This document shows, piece by piece, positions 45,385 through 55,796 of a stretch of DNA of 64,000 nucleotides. Source of the stretch: Candidatus Woesearchaeota archaeon (GTDB lineage: Archaea; Nanobdellota; Nanobdellia; Pacearchaeales; GW2011-AR1); the NCBI GenBank assembly GCA_964621025.1, contig CAZUKQ010000001.1, positions 79,288 to 143,287 on the forward strand, in the 5' to 3' direction. Below the pieces are notes generated by a model. It saw only the letters and a program-made list of their open reading frames with translations. It had not been told where the DNA came from and ran no database searches. Position numbers and translations under genes: made by a program. Each line of letters begins with the position of its first letter. Positions within the stretch are counted from its first letter, which is position 1.

Positions 45385-47030
45385 TCCAAAAAGCTCAAAT
45401 CTAATTCAATTGCAGAAACTGGCAAATTAATTTTCCAGTTCTTTAGAACTCTTGGTGCAACTTCTCCGATTCTTCCAACTTCTTTTTTGTTTACTAAAAC
45501 CTTCCCAACTCTGCCAAGAATGTAATTATTGTCTTCAACAACTTCCAACTCATATTCTTTGTCAAGCATCTTGAAAAGATAATCTAAAACCTGTTTTGCG
45601 TCGGTGAAACTAATCTTTTCATCAATCAAGGAGATCGCTAATCTTTCGCTTTCTTTAATTCCAGTTTCTGCTTTTCCTTCTTTGTCCAGTTCGAAAACAG
45701 TTCCGACTTCAAAAATTTTCTGTGGATATTGCGAATCTGAATTTTCTGATAAAACTTTTAGAGAGTTTGTTAATAAATCAACTCTTAAAGCATCATTCTC
45801 ATTCTTTGATTCTTCTATTTCTATGAAATCTTTGAAATCGTAGTGCATCTTTTTGATATTCTCTTTTGTTGTTAAATGGAAAGTTGAAACTTCCAACAAA
45901 CCAATTCCTGCCAAAATGTTTCCAATCATTCTTTGCCTTCTAGATTTCTTTGATTCTTCACCTATCGTCGATATTTCTGGAATTTCTGGAATGAAGTTTT
46001 CGTAACCATGTGCGATTGCAACTTCTTCTGTTAAATCAATCCAATGTAAAATATCTGTTCTCCATGCTGGAATTAAAGAAAAAGTTTTATTTTTATCTTT
46101 GATTAGGCCAAGACCCATTCTTTCTAAATAGTTCTTAATTTGTTTCTCTGTAAACTTTGTTCCAAGAGTTTTGTTTATGTCTTCTAGTTTGAACTCTAAC
46201 TTTTCACTTTCTAAATTCGGTGTTGTCATATTCTCCTCTGCGCCTTTTATTTTCATGGAATAAATTTTTCCACCCATATCTGCCAAAGCTGTGACAATTA
46301 TGTTTAGAGTTTTGTTCAAATAGTGTAAGTTGAAACCAGAACATTCAATGAAAACATCTTTTGTCTCATTTGAAACTCGACCGGTGTCGTTTGAATTAAT
46401 TATTGGGGGCATACTTAATATTTTGTTATCTGCGTCGACAAAAACCGGATATACTTCTGCGCCTTTTAGCAAATCGGCATATTCAATTCCTGTTGGATGT
46501 TGTCTTAAAATTTGTGGTGCAGTCATAACTACTTGCGATTCTAATGGTTGGAATTTTATATCTGAAGGTTTTCTCGCTTCATAGCTAATTGGAAGTTTTA
46601 TTTTTTCTAAAGGATAAACACCAATCGCCAACTTCTTTCTTTTTCTTCCGATTGTTAAATGTAGTTTTTCTTGAATATCTATTATATCTTGAATTCTCTG
46701 TTCATCTAATTTCAATCCCTTCACAATTGCACAAACGGTATAAGGTCTAACTTTTCTAACTGACTTGTCTACATTAACAATAAAATCTTTTTCTGGTTTT
46801 TCAACGGTATAAGTTTTTGTCTTAGACTTTTCAGTATAGTCTAAAATTGCTCTTGACATCGCTTGCAGAGAAAGTAAATCTGGTCTGTTTGGAAAAACTT
46901 CAATCATCAACTCTGTTTCTGTTTCTCCGTCTATAGGAGTTCCCATTTCTGTGATTTTATCTTTCAAAGCTTCTGTTAACTTTCCAACTTTCTTCTCAAA
47001 TTCTTTTTTGTTTAGTGTTAGTATTGTCAT
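45381..47030 (-). CDS. pheT: Phenylalanyl-tRNA synthetase beta subunit (archaeal type)
   Basis: 549 aa with B3/4- and B5-like regions. Lies directly downstream of pheS. Confidence 0.88.
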   Translation of the reverse strand: MTILTLNKKEFEKKVGKLTEALKDKITEMGTPIDGETETELMIEVFPNRPDLLSLQAMSRAILDYTEKSKTKTYTVEKPEKDFIVNVDKSVRKVRPYTVCAIVKGLKLDEQRIQDIIDIQEKLHLTIGRKRKKLAIGVYPLEKIKLPISYEARKPSDIKFQPLESQVVMTAPQILRQHPTGIEYADLLKGAEVYPVFVDADNKILSMPPIINSNDTGRVSNETKDVFIECSGFNLHYLNKTLNIIVTALADMGGKIYSMKIKGAEENMTTPNLESEKLEFKLEDINKTLGTKFTEKQIKNYLERMGLGLIKDKNKTFSLIPAWRTDILHWIDLTEEVAIAHGYENFIPEIPEISTIGEESKKSRRQRMIGNILAGIGLLEVSTFHLTTKENIKKMHYDFKDFIEIEESKNENDALRVDLLTNSLKVLSENSDSQYPQKIFEVGTVFELDKEGKAETGIKESERLAISLIDEKISFTDAKQVLDYLFKMLDKEYELEVVEDNNYILGRVGKVLVNKKEVGRIGEVAPRVLKNWKINLPVSAIELDLSFLD

Positions 47031-47031
47031 T

Positions 47032-48546
47032 TTATTTGTCCCACACCTTTGTGCTTCTCAATTTAGTTATATCATTCTTATACATGTCTCTCAAGTCTGT
47101 AATCTTGAAAAACTCCATAATAATTCTGTCGAAACCCGGACCCCAAGCTAAAACGGGGATGTGTTTTCCGAACATAGGAATAGTAACTTCTGGTCTGAAC
47201 ATTCCTGCTCCGCCTAACTCAACCCATCTTTTGTGAACCGGATGGAAAACATCTATTTCTAAACTTGGTTCTGTGTAGGCGAAATATGCAGGTCTTATTC
47301 TCAATTTTTCGTAACCCATTTTCTTGAAGAATTGTTTTAAATAACCTAACAGTTGTACGAAATTTGCGTTTTCATCGACGACAATTCCTTCGGTCTGATT
47401 GAATTCGAATCCGTGAGACCAGTCTACCGTTTCATTTCTGAAGCATTTTCCTAAAGCGAAATATTTTGCAGGATATTCTTTGTTGTCTCCTATTTCTTTT
47501 ATTTTTCTAGCGGACAAACATGTTGTGTGTGTTCTCAATAAAACTTTCTTTGCGTCTTCCTCATTCCATTCCTGTTGCCATCCTTTACTTCCATCAATTC
47601 CACCCTGATGTGCTTTCTTTATTCCATCTACTATCTTCTTCTCAGGTAGTTTTGCTTTCAGATTTTTTATGAAGAAGGTGTCTTGCATTTCTCTAACTGG
47701 ATGATCTTGTGCTGTGAAAAGAGCGTCGAAAACCCAAAAACCTGTGTCAGCATAATTTCCGGTCATTTCCTTGAAACCCATTTCTAACCAGATGTCTTTT
47801 GCATAGTCCGTTGCTTGATTTACGAAGTGTCTTTTTCCACCAACTAATTTCGGAGCTTGCGAATGAATATCATATCTTCTAAATTTTTTTCCCTTCCAGC
47901 CTTGGGAAGTGATAATCTTTGTCGTTAATTGCTCTATTAAATCTTCATTCAGTTTCATTGTGGAAATCTTTTCACCTAGCTTTGATAAACTCAAGACAAC
48001 TTCTTTCTTATCTTCAAAGATAATTATGTCCTTTCTTGCTTTTAAATTTTCAACTGCGAATTTCTCTTCAGGACTTAATGCCGAAACCTCTAGGGGCAAT
48101 TTAGTCATGAGATTTTCTTCTGGCATTTTTTTGTTTATCTCGTTTTCTTTTGCAGTTAAGGAAATTTTACCCTCAACAATTTCTATAAGAGCTTTTTTCT
48201 TAAGAATTCCTACTGCAACTTTAGCTTCGTTATCATTCAGTTTGCATAATCCCTTAACTTCGTTGAACCCAATTTTCTTCTTTTTCTCTAGTTCTGATAA
48301 GAGTTTTCTTTCTGGGAGCTCTTTTTTCAAATAAAATATGCCGTTTATACCTAAATTTACAAACTTCTTTTCTGATGAAACTGCCTCAACGAGTGCTTTT
48401 TTCTTCAAGAATTCAATAGCTCTCATTACAGAGGTCTTGTCTAAACCTGATTTTTCGACAATTTTGTCTAAATCTTTCAAATAAACCAGTGGTAGCACCT
48501 TTCTTTCTAGGGGGGAAAGCGACTCAATTAATAGCTCTTCACTCAT
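47032..48546 (-). CDS. pheS: Phenylalanyl-tRNA synthetase alpha subunit (archaeal/eukaryal type)
   Basis: N-terminal wHTH repeats. Class II core HPVREMQDTFF, RTHTT and FRNE, with GAGMFRPEV near the C-terminus. Confidence 0.9.
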   Translation of the reverse strand: MSEELLIESLSPLERKVLPLVYLKDLDKIVEKSGLDKTSVMRAIEFLKKKALVEAVSSEKKFVNLGINGIFYLKKELPERKLLSELEKKKKIGFNEVKGLCKLNDNEAKVAVGILKKKALIEIVEGKISLTAKENEINKKMPEENLMTKLPLEVSALSPEEKFAVENLKARKDIIIFEDKKEVVLSLSKLGEKISTMKLNEDLIEQLTTKIITSQGWKGKKFRRYDIHSQAPKLVGGKRHFVNQATDYAKDIWLEMGFKEMTGNYADTGFWVFDALFTAQDHPVREMQDTFFIKNLKAKLPEKKIVDGIKKAHQGGIDGSKGWQQEWNEEDAKKVLLRTHTTCLSARKIKEIGDNKEYPAKYFALGKCFRNETVDWSHGFEFNQTEGIVVDENANFVQLLGYLKQFFKKMGYEKLRIRPAYFAYTEPSLEIDVFHPVHKRWVELGGAGMFRPEVTIPMFGKHIPVLAWGPGFDRIIMEFFKITDLRDMYKNDITKLRSTKVWDK

Positions 48547-48609
48547 GGTTAATAAAAAAGTTTTAATTATTTAAATGTTAGTAGGGGAGGGTTTTTATAG
48601 TTGCCCAGA

Positions 48610-51237
48610 CTATTCGACGTTCCAAAAAGGCTTTTTATTATTCACCTTCTTTAAGATGTCTAAAAGTACAATAATTAAAAATGAAACACCTACTGAGATA
48701 ATCCAGTCTATTGGTCCAAGAGGCACTAACTCAAAAACCTTATTTAGAGGGGTGTAAATTATCATTACTGTAGCTAAGATAGATATAATCGAAGCATAAA
48801 ATAGATATCTGTTTGTCAGAGGATTTCTAGTAATTGTTTCTTTTCTGAAACTTCTAAAGTTAAATGCATTAGCAATTTCAACAATTATCAGGACAAGAAG
48901 AGTGCTTGTTCTCGCATCTGCTACTGACTGATTTAGAAAATTAAAAGTAACATAAAACATCCCCAGAGTAATTAAAGCCATGAAAGCACCTGTCAAGAAA
49001 ACCAGTAAAAAAAGATTTTTTGTAAGGATTTGTGCTTTCACCCTTGGCTTCTCTTCCATAATGTCTGTTGAAGAATTATTTAACCCCAAGGTAATTGCAG
49101 GTATATCAGAGGTTACTAAGTTCATAAAAATAATATGAAGAGCCAGTAAAATAGGTATTGGCCAACCAAAAAGAGGGGCTAATAAGACTCCTAAGAAAAG
49201 TATAGAGAGTTCAGCAACATTACATGAAAGCTGATAAGAAACAAACTTTCGAATATTACTAAATATCGTTCTTCCTTCTTTTATTGCATCAACTAATGTT
49301 GCAAAGTTATCGTCTTTTAATGTTAAATCTGCAACACTTCTAGAAACATCTGTTCCATTCTTTCCCATAGCAACACCAATATGTGCTTCTTTTAATGCAG
49401 GAGAGTCATTTACACCATCTCCAGTCATAGTTACAATCTCGCCATGATCTTTTAGAGCTTTAACTATTCTTAACTTGTGTTCGGGCCTTACTCTTGCAAA
49501 TACTACAACACTTCTAACAATTTTAAATAAATCTTTATCAGACATTTTATCCAGATCTTCGCCTTCAAGAATTTTTCCTTCGCCTAAACCTATTTGTTTG
49601 GCTATAGAAATTGCCGTCTCCTTGTTATCTCCAGTAATCATTTTAACAGCAATTCCTGCTTTTTTACAAGTTAAAATAGCTTCCTTAACCTCTTCCCTTG
49701 GTGAATCCTCAATTCCTACAAAACCCAAGAAAATTAAATCTTCTTCTAAGTTTTCATGTTTTGATTTAACTCTTTTATAGGCAAGAGCAAGGGTTCTTAG
49801 TGCCTCTGAAGCCATTTCTTTATTTGCTGCTAAAACAGATTTTTTATCTTTTTCTAATAGTCTAAAAACTCCTGAATCTCTTTGTATATACTTGCACTTC
49901 CTTAATATTATTTCTAATGCACCTTTTGAATAGACTATTAATTCTTTATGGTCTTTGCATAGAACAGACATCATTTTTCTCTCTGAACTAAAAGGCATTT
50001 CTTCAATTCTCTCAGAATTTGAATCCTCTTTAAAAAAATCTGATTTGGCACCAAGAACTAATAATGCGGCTTCCGTTGAAGTTCCAAAGATATTATATTG
50101 GTTGTCTTCACCAGTTCTTTCTATCCTAGAATCATTACATAAAATTCCGGTTTTTAACAAAAGTGAAAGAGTTTTTTCTTTAGTTAAATTTACTTCTTGA
50201 TTATTTTTAGTAATTACTCCAGTACCTTCATAACCTGAACCAGAAACTTCTAATTTTTTAAGGTCTGTGAATATTTCTTTGACAGTCATTTCACCCTTAG
50301 TTATTGTTCCAGTCTTATCAGAACAGATGACTGTTGTTTCACCAAGAGTTTCGATAATCGACATTCTGTTAACAATTGCATTTTTCTTAGCCATTTTATG
50401 AACTCCTACCGAAAGGGCCGTAATCAAAACTACTGGAAACCCTTCTGGAAAAGCAGAAACTGAAATAGCAATTATTAATATCAGGGCTTCAATTAAAGAT
50501 TCTTTTGAAAATCCGGAATATAGAAGAACTAATAATCCTGTAAGAATTGCTATAGTCACACCAATTATCGCCATGTATCTACTAATAACATTTACTTTTT
50601 TTTGCAAAGGCAATTCTTTTTCAGCAGAAGAAATTAAATTAGCAATCTCTCCAAATTTAGTATGCATGCCTGTTTGAACAACTTTCGCTAAACATTTACC
50701 TGAAACCAAGAAAGAGCCCATAAAGAGAAGATTTTCATCTTTGAATTTTTTAGAAGATACGGGAAACTTTTTTACTTCTCTTGCTTCCCCAGTTAGTATA
50801 GATTCATCAACTCTTAATTCTTTCGCCTCAATTACAACGCAGTCTGCAGGAATCTTCTCACCAATTCTTAGAAGGACTATGTCTCCCGGAACTATTTCTT
50901 TTGATGAAATTTCTTGTTCTTTCCCATCGCGAATAACTATCGATACAGGCATAACCATTTTTTTTAATGCTTGTACTGCTTTTTCTGCTCGATACTCTTG
51001 AAAAAAACCTACAACGAGAACCATGAAAATTACTGCTAAAATAGTATATGCTGTAACTTTTTTTCCAACTATAAAAGAAAGAGTCATCGCAATAAATAAC
51101 AAATAAATAACAAAATTACTTTTTATTTGTCTCAAAAAAATTTTAATACCTGAAATTTTTCCAAGATCTTTAATCTCATTAAAACCAGTAACATTAAGTT
51201 TATTTTTAGCTTCTTTAGAAGTCAACCCTTTTTCCAT
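48610..51237 (-). CDS. P-type cation-transporting ATPase (P2-like)
   Basis: Phosphorylation site CSDKTGTIT, then TGES-like LTGEA, MITGDN and TGDGVNDSPALK. About 10 TM helices. Confidence 0.9.
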   Translation of the reverse strand: MEKGLTSKEAKNKLNVTGFNEIKDLGKISGIKIFLRQIKSNFVIYLLFIAMTLSFIVGKKVTAYTILAVIFMVLVVGFFQEYRAEKAVQALKKMVMPVSIVIRDGKEQEISSKEIVPGDIVLLRIGEKIPADCVVIEAKELRVDESILTGEAREVKKFPVSSKKFKDENLLFMGSFLVSGKCLAKVVQTGMHTKFGEIANLISSAEKELPLQKKVNVISRYMAIIGVTIAILTGLLVLLYSGFSKESLIEALILIIAISVSAFPEGFPVVLITALSVGVHKMAKKNAIVNRMSIIETLGETTVICSDKTGTITKGEMTVKEIFTDLKKLEVSGSGYEGTGVITKNNQEVNLTKEKTLSLLLKTGILCNDSRIERTGEDNQYNIFGTSTEAALLVLGAKSDFFKEDSNSERIEEMPFSSERKMMSVLCKDHKELIVYSKGALEIILRKCKYIQRDSGVFRLLEKDKKSVLAANKEMASEALRTLALAYKRVKSKHENLEEDLIFLGFVGIEDSPREEVKEAILTCKKAGIAVKMITGDNKETAISIAKQIGLGEGKILEGEDLDKMSDKDLFKIVRSVVVFARVRPEHKLRIVKALKDHGEIVTMTGDGVNDSPALKEAHIGVAMGKNGTDVSRSVADLTLKDDNFATLVDAIKEGRTIFSNIRKFVSYQLSCNVAELSILFLGVLLAPLFGWPIPILLALHIIFMNLVTSDIPAITLGLNNSSTDIMEEKPRVKAQILTKNLFLLVFLTGAFMALITLGMFYVTFNFLNQSVADARTSTLLVLIIVEIANAFNFRSFRKETITRNPLTNRYLFYASIISILATVMIIYTPLNKVFELVPLGPIDWIISVGVSFLIIVLLDILKKVNNKKPFWNVE

Positions 51238-51367
51238 GAAATTAAATGTTCTTCGTATTTTTAAACTTTAATAAAAAAAATTTAGAATTATCTTTTTAGA
51301 GTGAATGTCTTATTCTCGCCAGTTATTTCTAATTTGCTTATTTCTCGTCTAGGAATTTAATTTTTTA

Positions 51368-53062
51368 TCAGAAAAGAACGCTATTTTTCGCCTCGTTCAA
51401 ATCCTTTCGATGTTTCTTTCCAGCTTCCTTGTAATCTTTCTTGGCTGTTCCAAATCTTCTTATCATATGTGCTGCGTAGTCTCCTCCTAAATGGTGGGGA
51501 ATAATTACATAATCTACTCCTTGAGAGTATAGATCTAATGCATGAGTTGGTTGCTCTGAAGTAGCAATGAATACTGCATCTGATTTAATTCTATCTAGGT
51601 TCTCTCTAATTGCTAGATTAGAGTATTCATCAGGGATAGTTGAAACAACTACCTTAACCTTACTTAGTTCAATTTCATTCAAGAATTCTTTATCACTCGC
51701 ATCTCCGTAGATACAATTGATTCCTTGTTTTCCCAAGGTTAGAATTGTTTTAGGATTATAGTCTATGACCACAAAGGGAACTTTCATTTCTTTTAATGTT
51801 TTTAAAATCTTATAACCTATTCTGTGAGCTCCGAATAAAACTATTTCGTAAGACTCTTTTGATGAATTATTTTTCTTCTCATGCTTCTTTCCTTCGAATA
51901 TTCCCAGTAAATAAGACAATTTATTAAATATGGAATGAGAATAATAAATGCTATAGCTACTTACGCCGATTGTGATTATTGCAATTAATACTGCCAAACT
52001 CATAACTTCTTGGGTTAAATGTCCTAATGTGTATCCTAAAAGAACCAAGATTAAAGAGAACTCACTTATTTGTGCAATGCTGGTTCCTGTAAGGAAGTTT
52101 GTTCTTTTTTTGTATCCTGCTAATCTCAAAACAGTCATGACAATCAAAGGTTTTCCAATAACTATAAATGCCGAAAAAATTAAAGCCGTTTTTATCAATG
52201 GCCAATCAATAGAACCTGCTAATTGACTTCCAAAAAATACAAAGAATAAAACTACAAAAAAATCTCTGAGGGGTTTCATTTTTCCACCAAGCTCTAAGGT
52301 ATATTTGCTAGTAGCAAGAGACATACCGGCTATTAATGCCCCTATTTCAAGGGAGAATCCTAACCAATCAAATAAAGTAGCTAAAGATAAAGCCCAAGTA
52401 ATTCCAAATAAAAATAATGTCTCTTGACTTCTTGCAAGATAATTTAAGAAACCTTTCAATACAAAATGGGAGAATAAGAATATCGCAATAATAACTCCTA
52501 TAGCTAAGGATAACCACATTAATACGGAGGTAATACTTCCATTGCTGTTGAAAAGAGGAATTGCCATCAAAGCAATTGCGGCAACAAAATCTTCAACAAT
52601 TAAAATTCCTAACGCGATTCTTCCATGAAGGGTGTCTATTTCTTTTTTATCAGATAAAATTTTTACTACTACTACTGTCGAAGAGAATGCGAGCGCCGCA
52701 CCTATATAGAGTGCAGTCATATTAGCAAAACCAAAACCGATGGCAAGAATAAAACCTATTAAACCTGTTAGAAAAATTTCAGATAAACCTGCAACAACTG
52801 AAACTCCGCCAACTTCTTTTAAAACTCTTAAATCAAGATTTAAACCAACTATAAAAAGAAGAAAAGCTACACCGATGTGTGCGAAGACCTGTATTAAAGA
52901 TGAAGAATCTCCTCCAAGTATGTTGAAAAAAAGCGGACCTGCTAGAACACCTGCAATTAAATAAGCAATTAGTGGTGGTTGTTTAATCATTCTAGCTAAA
53001 ATTGATAAGATTCCTGCTAAAGCAATTATCAAACTTATACAAAGTAACACCTCTTGAGCCAT
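51368..53062 (-). CDS. CPA2-family cation/H+ antiporter with C-terminal RCK/TrkA-N domain
   Basis: About 12 TM helices followed by the Rossmann-like segment IVLFGAHRIGYKI. Confidence 0.85.
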   Translation of the reverse strand: MAQEVLLCISLIIALAGILSILARMIKQPPLIAYLIAGVLAGPLFFNILGGDSSSLIQVFAHIGVAFLLFIVGLNLDLRVLKEVGGVSVVAGLSEIFLTGLIGFILAIGFGFANMTALYIGAALAFSSTVVVVKILSDKKEIDTLHGRIALGILIVEDFVAAIALMAIPLFNSNGSITSVLMWLSLAIGVIIAIFLFSHFVLKGFLNYLARSQETLFLFGITWALSLATLFDWLGFSLEIGALIAGMSLATSKYTLELGGKMKPLRDFFVVLFFVFFGSQLAGSIDWPLIKTALIFSAFIVIGKPLIVMTVLRLAGYKKRTNFLTGTSIAQISEFSLILVLLGYTLGHLTQEVMSLAVLIAIITIGVSSYSIYYSHSIFNKLSYLLGIFEGKKHEKKNNSSKESYEIVLFGAHRIGYKILKTLKEMKVPFVVIDYNPKTILTLGKQGINCIYGDASDKEFLNEIELSKVKVVVSTIPDEYSNLAIRENLDRIKSDAVFIATSEQPTHALDLYSQGVDYVIIPHHLGGDYAAHMIRRFGTAKKDYKEAGKKHRKDLNEAKNSVLF

Positions 53063-53110
53063 TTGAAAGAGAGCGCTTTTCTTTTTAAATACCTTCTGGT
53101 TTCTCGTTGA

Positions 53111-53629
53111 TTAACTTGTTAGAAATGCTTCTGAAACTTGCTGGCTGGACATTCCAATTGACGAAGCAAAAGATTCAACATCTTTTTTGTCTCGGCCATT
53201 TGAAAGAATTTTTATTGAGCATTTTGCCTTTCTGCAGATTTTCACATTTTGAATTATTCTTGCTAAAATTAAGGCTTTTTCTTGTTTTGAAAGAAGAGCT
53301 AAAGATTCAAAGTCTATTACCAAAGATATTTTTTTACTCGCCATCTCTTTTGCTACGACATGATTCAAACCAGAGTCTCTTTGCTTTAATGTGTCCTTTT
53401 TATCAGATAAATTTCTTTCTGCGTTTATCAGATAATTCATCTTGATTGTCTCTGCAATTCTTCTATTGAATGCGTCGTCATAACCATAAACTCCAACAGT
53501 AACTTTCTTGCCTTTCAAACTGTCTACAATTCTTCGCAATTCTTTTTCATTTCCGTTTGTGTCAATTAGAATGAAATCGCCGAAGGCGATTTTCTCAGGC
53601 AGTTGCGATTTTGAATTAACTTTTATCAT
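53111..53629 (-). CDS. Possible short RNase P protein component 3 (Rpp30-like)
   Basis: The pattern AFNRRIAE...LINAERN...GLNHVVAKEMASKKISLVIDFESL...ILSNGRDKKDV...SSIGMS resembles the Rpp30 TIM-barrel consensus. It is only 172 aa. Confidence 0.4.
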   Translation of the reverse strand: MIKVNSKSQLPEKIAFGDFILIDTNGNEKELRRIVDSLKGKKVTVGVYGYDDAFNRRIAETIKMNYLINAERNLSDKKDTLKQRDSGLNHVVAKEMASKKISLVIDFESLALLSKQEKALILARIIQNVKICRKAKCSIKILSNGRDKKDVESFASSIGMSSQQVSEAFLTS

Positions 53630-53666
53630 AAGTTATATAAGAAATAAGAAGTTTTAAGGGTTTTGA

Positions 53667-53996
53667 TTAGTTTCCCTGAAAATATTTGTTAGCAATGTTA
53701 GAAAAGTCTGCAGCTTCAAAAATCTTCTGTCCACCGAAAGGAAAATATTTTTCTAATTCTTCTTCGAACCCTTTAAGAACTGCTGGAAATCTAGAAGGAT
53801 TTGCTAGATATGTATTCAATGCCTTTTCATAAATCATTCCTATTACTGACGCAGGCACCTTACCTTTTTCAGCAAGAAACATGTCACCTTTAAGGATATG
53901 CAAGGGTGTTGCTAAAGCAAGCATATTTTCTAAAACTTTTTTAGCTCGGTTATTTAACTCGGCCCTTAATTTTTCTGAAGGTTGTATGTTTTTCAT
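53667..53996 (-). CDS. Hypothetical protein (109 aa)
   Basis: ORF only. Confidence 0.4.
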   Translation of the reverse strand: MKNIQPSEKLRAELNNRAKKVLENMLALATPLHILKGDMFLAEKGKVPASVIGMIYEKALNTYLANPSRFPAVLKGFEEELEKYFPFGGQKIFEAADFSNIANKYFQGN

Positions 53997-54064
53997 AATC
54001 TCTACAACAAAAAACCATTAATAAACCTTTTTCCAAAAATTGATTGCTGACTAGTACTAAAGAA

Positions 54065-54754
54065 TTATCCGCTAATCAAGGTTCCTCTGAAACCTTTTTT
54101 ATTTCCAAGAATTTTATCTACGTCTGAAAGAGAGCCGACGATATAAGTTGGAATTTTCTTATTCATTATTTCTTTTGCTGCGTTTTGGTCCAGAACGAAA
54201 TGCTGACCTGCTTCATATTTTATCTTGCTGGCTATTTTATCAAAGTTCTTCCAGGTTATTTTTGAAATAAATTTTGCATTTTTGTTTGTCTTTGGATTGT
54301 CTGTGTATAAACCTCTAATGTCGGTGATATTTATGAAAGGACATTTAAAATGTGCTGCTAGGTCTGCCGCTGTTCCGTCCGAAGTGTTTTTGTCTTTGTA
54401 TCTTAATGCTCCGCAGAATACAACTTGATTTTTTTCTAATAGGTCTGAAACTTTCTTCATGCTCTTTGGAATTACATTTGGGGAATTTGCTCTTTTTCCG
54501 AAAACTTCTGCTAAAAACGAAGCGTGTAATCTTGTGACTGCAATGCCCTCAATGGACTGTTCTTTGGTCTTGCCACCCATCGCTTTTATTGCTTTAATGT
54601 ATTTTCTTGCTGTACTTCCGCCACCAGTAGCTACAACGAATTTCTGCATTGGATGTTTTTTAACTATTTCTTTGAATTCTTCTATAAATTTGTAATCAAC
54701 TTCATCAGGAACAATTCTACTTCCGCCAAGAGATATCACCCATCTTTTATTCAT
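54065..54754 (-). CDS. pyrH: UMP kinase (archaeal type, amino-acid-kinase fold)
   Basis: VISLGGSRIV and VVATGGGSTARKYI motifs. 229 aa. Confidence 0.8.
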   Translation of the reverse strand: MNKRWVISLGGSRIVPDEVDYKFIEEFKEIVKKHPMQKFVVATGGGSTARKYIKAIKAMGGKTKEQSIEGIAVTRLHASFLAEVFGKRANSPNVIPKSMKKVSDLLEKNQVVFCGALRYKDKNTSDGTAADLAAHFKCPFINITDIRGLYTDNPKTNKNAKFISKITWKNFDKIASKIKYEAGQHFVLDQNAAKEIMNKKIPTYIVGSLSDVDKILGNKKGFRGTLISG

Positions 54755-54784
54755 AATTATTTAGAGTTTAAGAGTTATTTAAAT

Positions 54785-55066
54785 TTACCGCACCGTGAAT
54801 AATTTGTCATCGTGAACATCGAAAACTTCTAGTCTGACTCCAGAGTCCAACCAACCGTGTGCATAGTTCAGGGCTGCGAAAGCATTCACCCAATCGTCTT
54901 TGTCAAAAAAATGATGTGCGTCAGAAACATAATTCTCCACCATAGAAATTATTTCTTTTGCTTCTTTTTCCTTTTTAGGAAAAATATTTTTCTTAACTTC
55001 TTTCAAAGCCGTTTCTGTCAAGTTAAAATATTTGTTGATTTTTTGTTTTGTTATTTTATTTTCCAT
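54785..55066 (-). CDS. DUF357-domain protein
   Basis: YVSDAHHFFDKDDWVNAFAALNYAHGWLDSGVRL matches the DUF357 pattern. Confidence 0.6.
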   Translation of the reverse strand: MENKITKQKINKYFNLTETALKEVKKNIFPKKEKEAKEIISMVENYVSDAHHFFDKDDWVNAFAALNYAHGWLDSGVRLEVFDVHDDKLFTVR

Positions 55067-55067
55067 T

Positions 55068-55796
55068 TTAATGTCTCTGTTGATTGTTCATAGAAAACAA
55101 TTTTTTTATTACGAATCTTGTTCCGACTAAATCTGAAATAACTGCATTAATCATCAGGTTGTTTACGATTACTCTGAAAACTCCTTCGCCTAAAGGAATT
55201 TTAGACTGTTTTGAAATTTCATTTAGAAGATTGTCTATTTCTATTTTTGTCAAAATTACTTTTGTTCTTTGCTTTTGCCCGCCTCTAAAAATATTTAGAG
55301 GAACATTCTGACCAACACACTCTATCGATAAAACAGAAGGATCATTTAGAAGTCCTGCCATTTTCCCTCGGTAAAGTTCATTTAACTGTACATTTGAAAG
55401 AGAAGGCATTGGTTGAATTTTTGGAGCAGTCATCTCTGGAAGTTCGTAAACTGTTTGTGGACCTAACGAACTTTGAGGAGGAAGTAATTTTTTTGGTTGT
55501 TGAACCTGCGGAGAAGGATAAATTATTTTTGGTGGTGCATGAGGTTCAACTATGGTGTTTAATGTTAGGCTTTGCTCCATTTTTTGAAATGGTAAAACTG
55601 GTTGTTCAGATTTTATTGCAGGAATTGAACTCTCTTCAAATTTTTGTATTCTCAACATTCTTTCAGAAACTTTTGGAACTAAATCAGCGTTGATAGTATA
55701 TTTTACATCTACTTTTGTTTGTCCTTCTTTTAATCTTCTAACAACATCTAGAACTATTTGTTGAACTAACGGAGAACGATAAGCGTTTGAAATCAT
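55068..55796 (-). CDS. Protein ending in a type II/IV secretion ATPase N-terminal-like domain; no ATPase core
   Basis: LLNDPSVLSIECVGQNVPLNIFRGGQKQRTKV...IPLGEGVFRVIVNNLMINAVIS...GTRFVIKK parallels the segment that precedes Walker A in FlaI/VirB11-type ATPases. The ORF stops 14 aa later. Confidence 0.45.
   Translation of the reverse strand: MISNAYRSPLVQQIVLDVVRRLKEGQTKVDVKYTINADLVPKVSERMLRIQKFEESSIPAIKSEQPVLPFQKMEQSLTLNTIVEPHAPPKIIYPSPQVQQPKKLLPPQSSLGPQTVYELPEMTAPKIQPMPSLSNVQLNELYRGKMAGLLNDPSVLSIECVGQNVPLNIFRGGQKQRTKVILTKIEIDNLLNEISKQSKIPLGEGVFRVIVNNLMINAVISDLVGTRFVIKKLFSMNNQQRH

Noticed and set aside
47909-48334. 141-aa ORF antisense to pheS. Similar long antisense ORFs occur at 44118-44576, 4395-4721, 26789-27205, 49475-49780 and 56564-56872.
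   Set aside because: They lie opposite well-supported genes, have low-complexity Ser/Phe/Leu/Ile-rich translations, and carry no start-site signals. These are typical shadow ORFs in AT-rich DNA.
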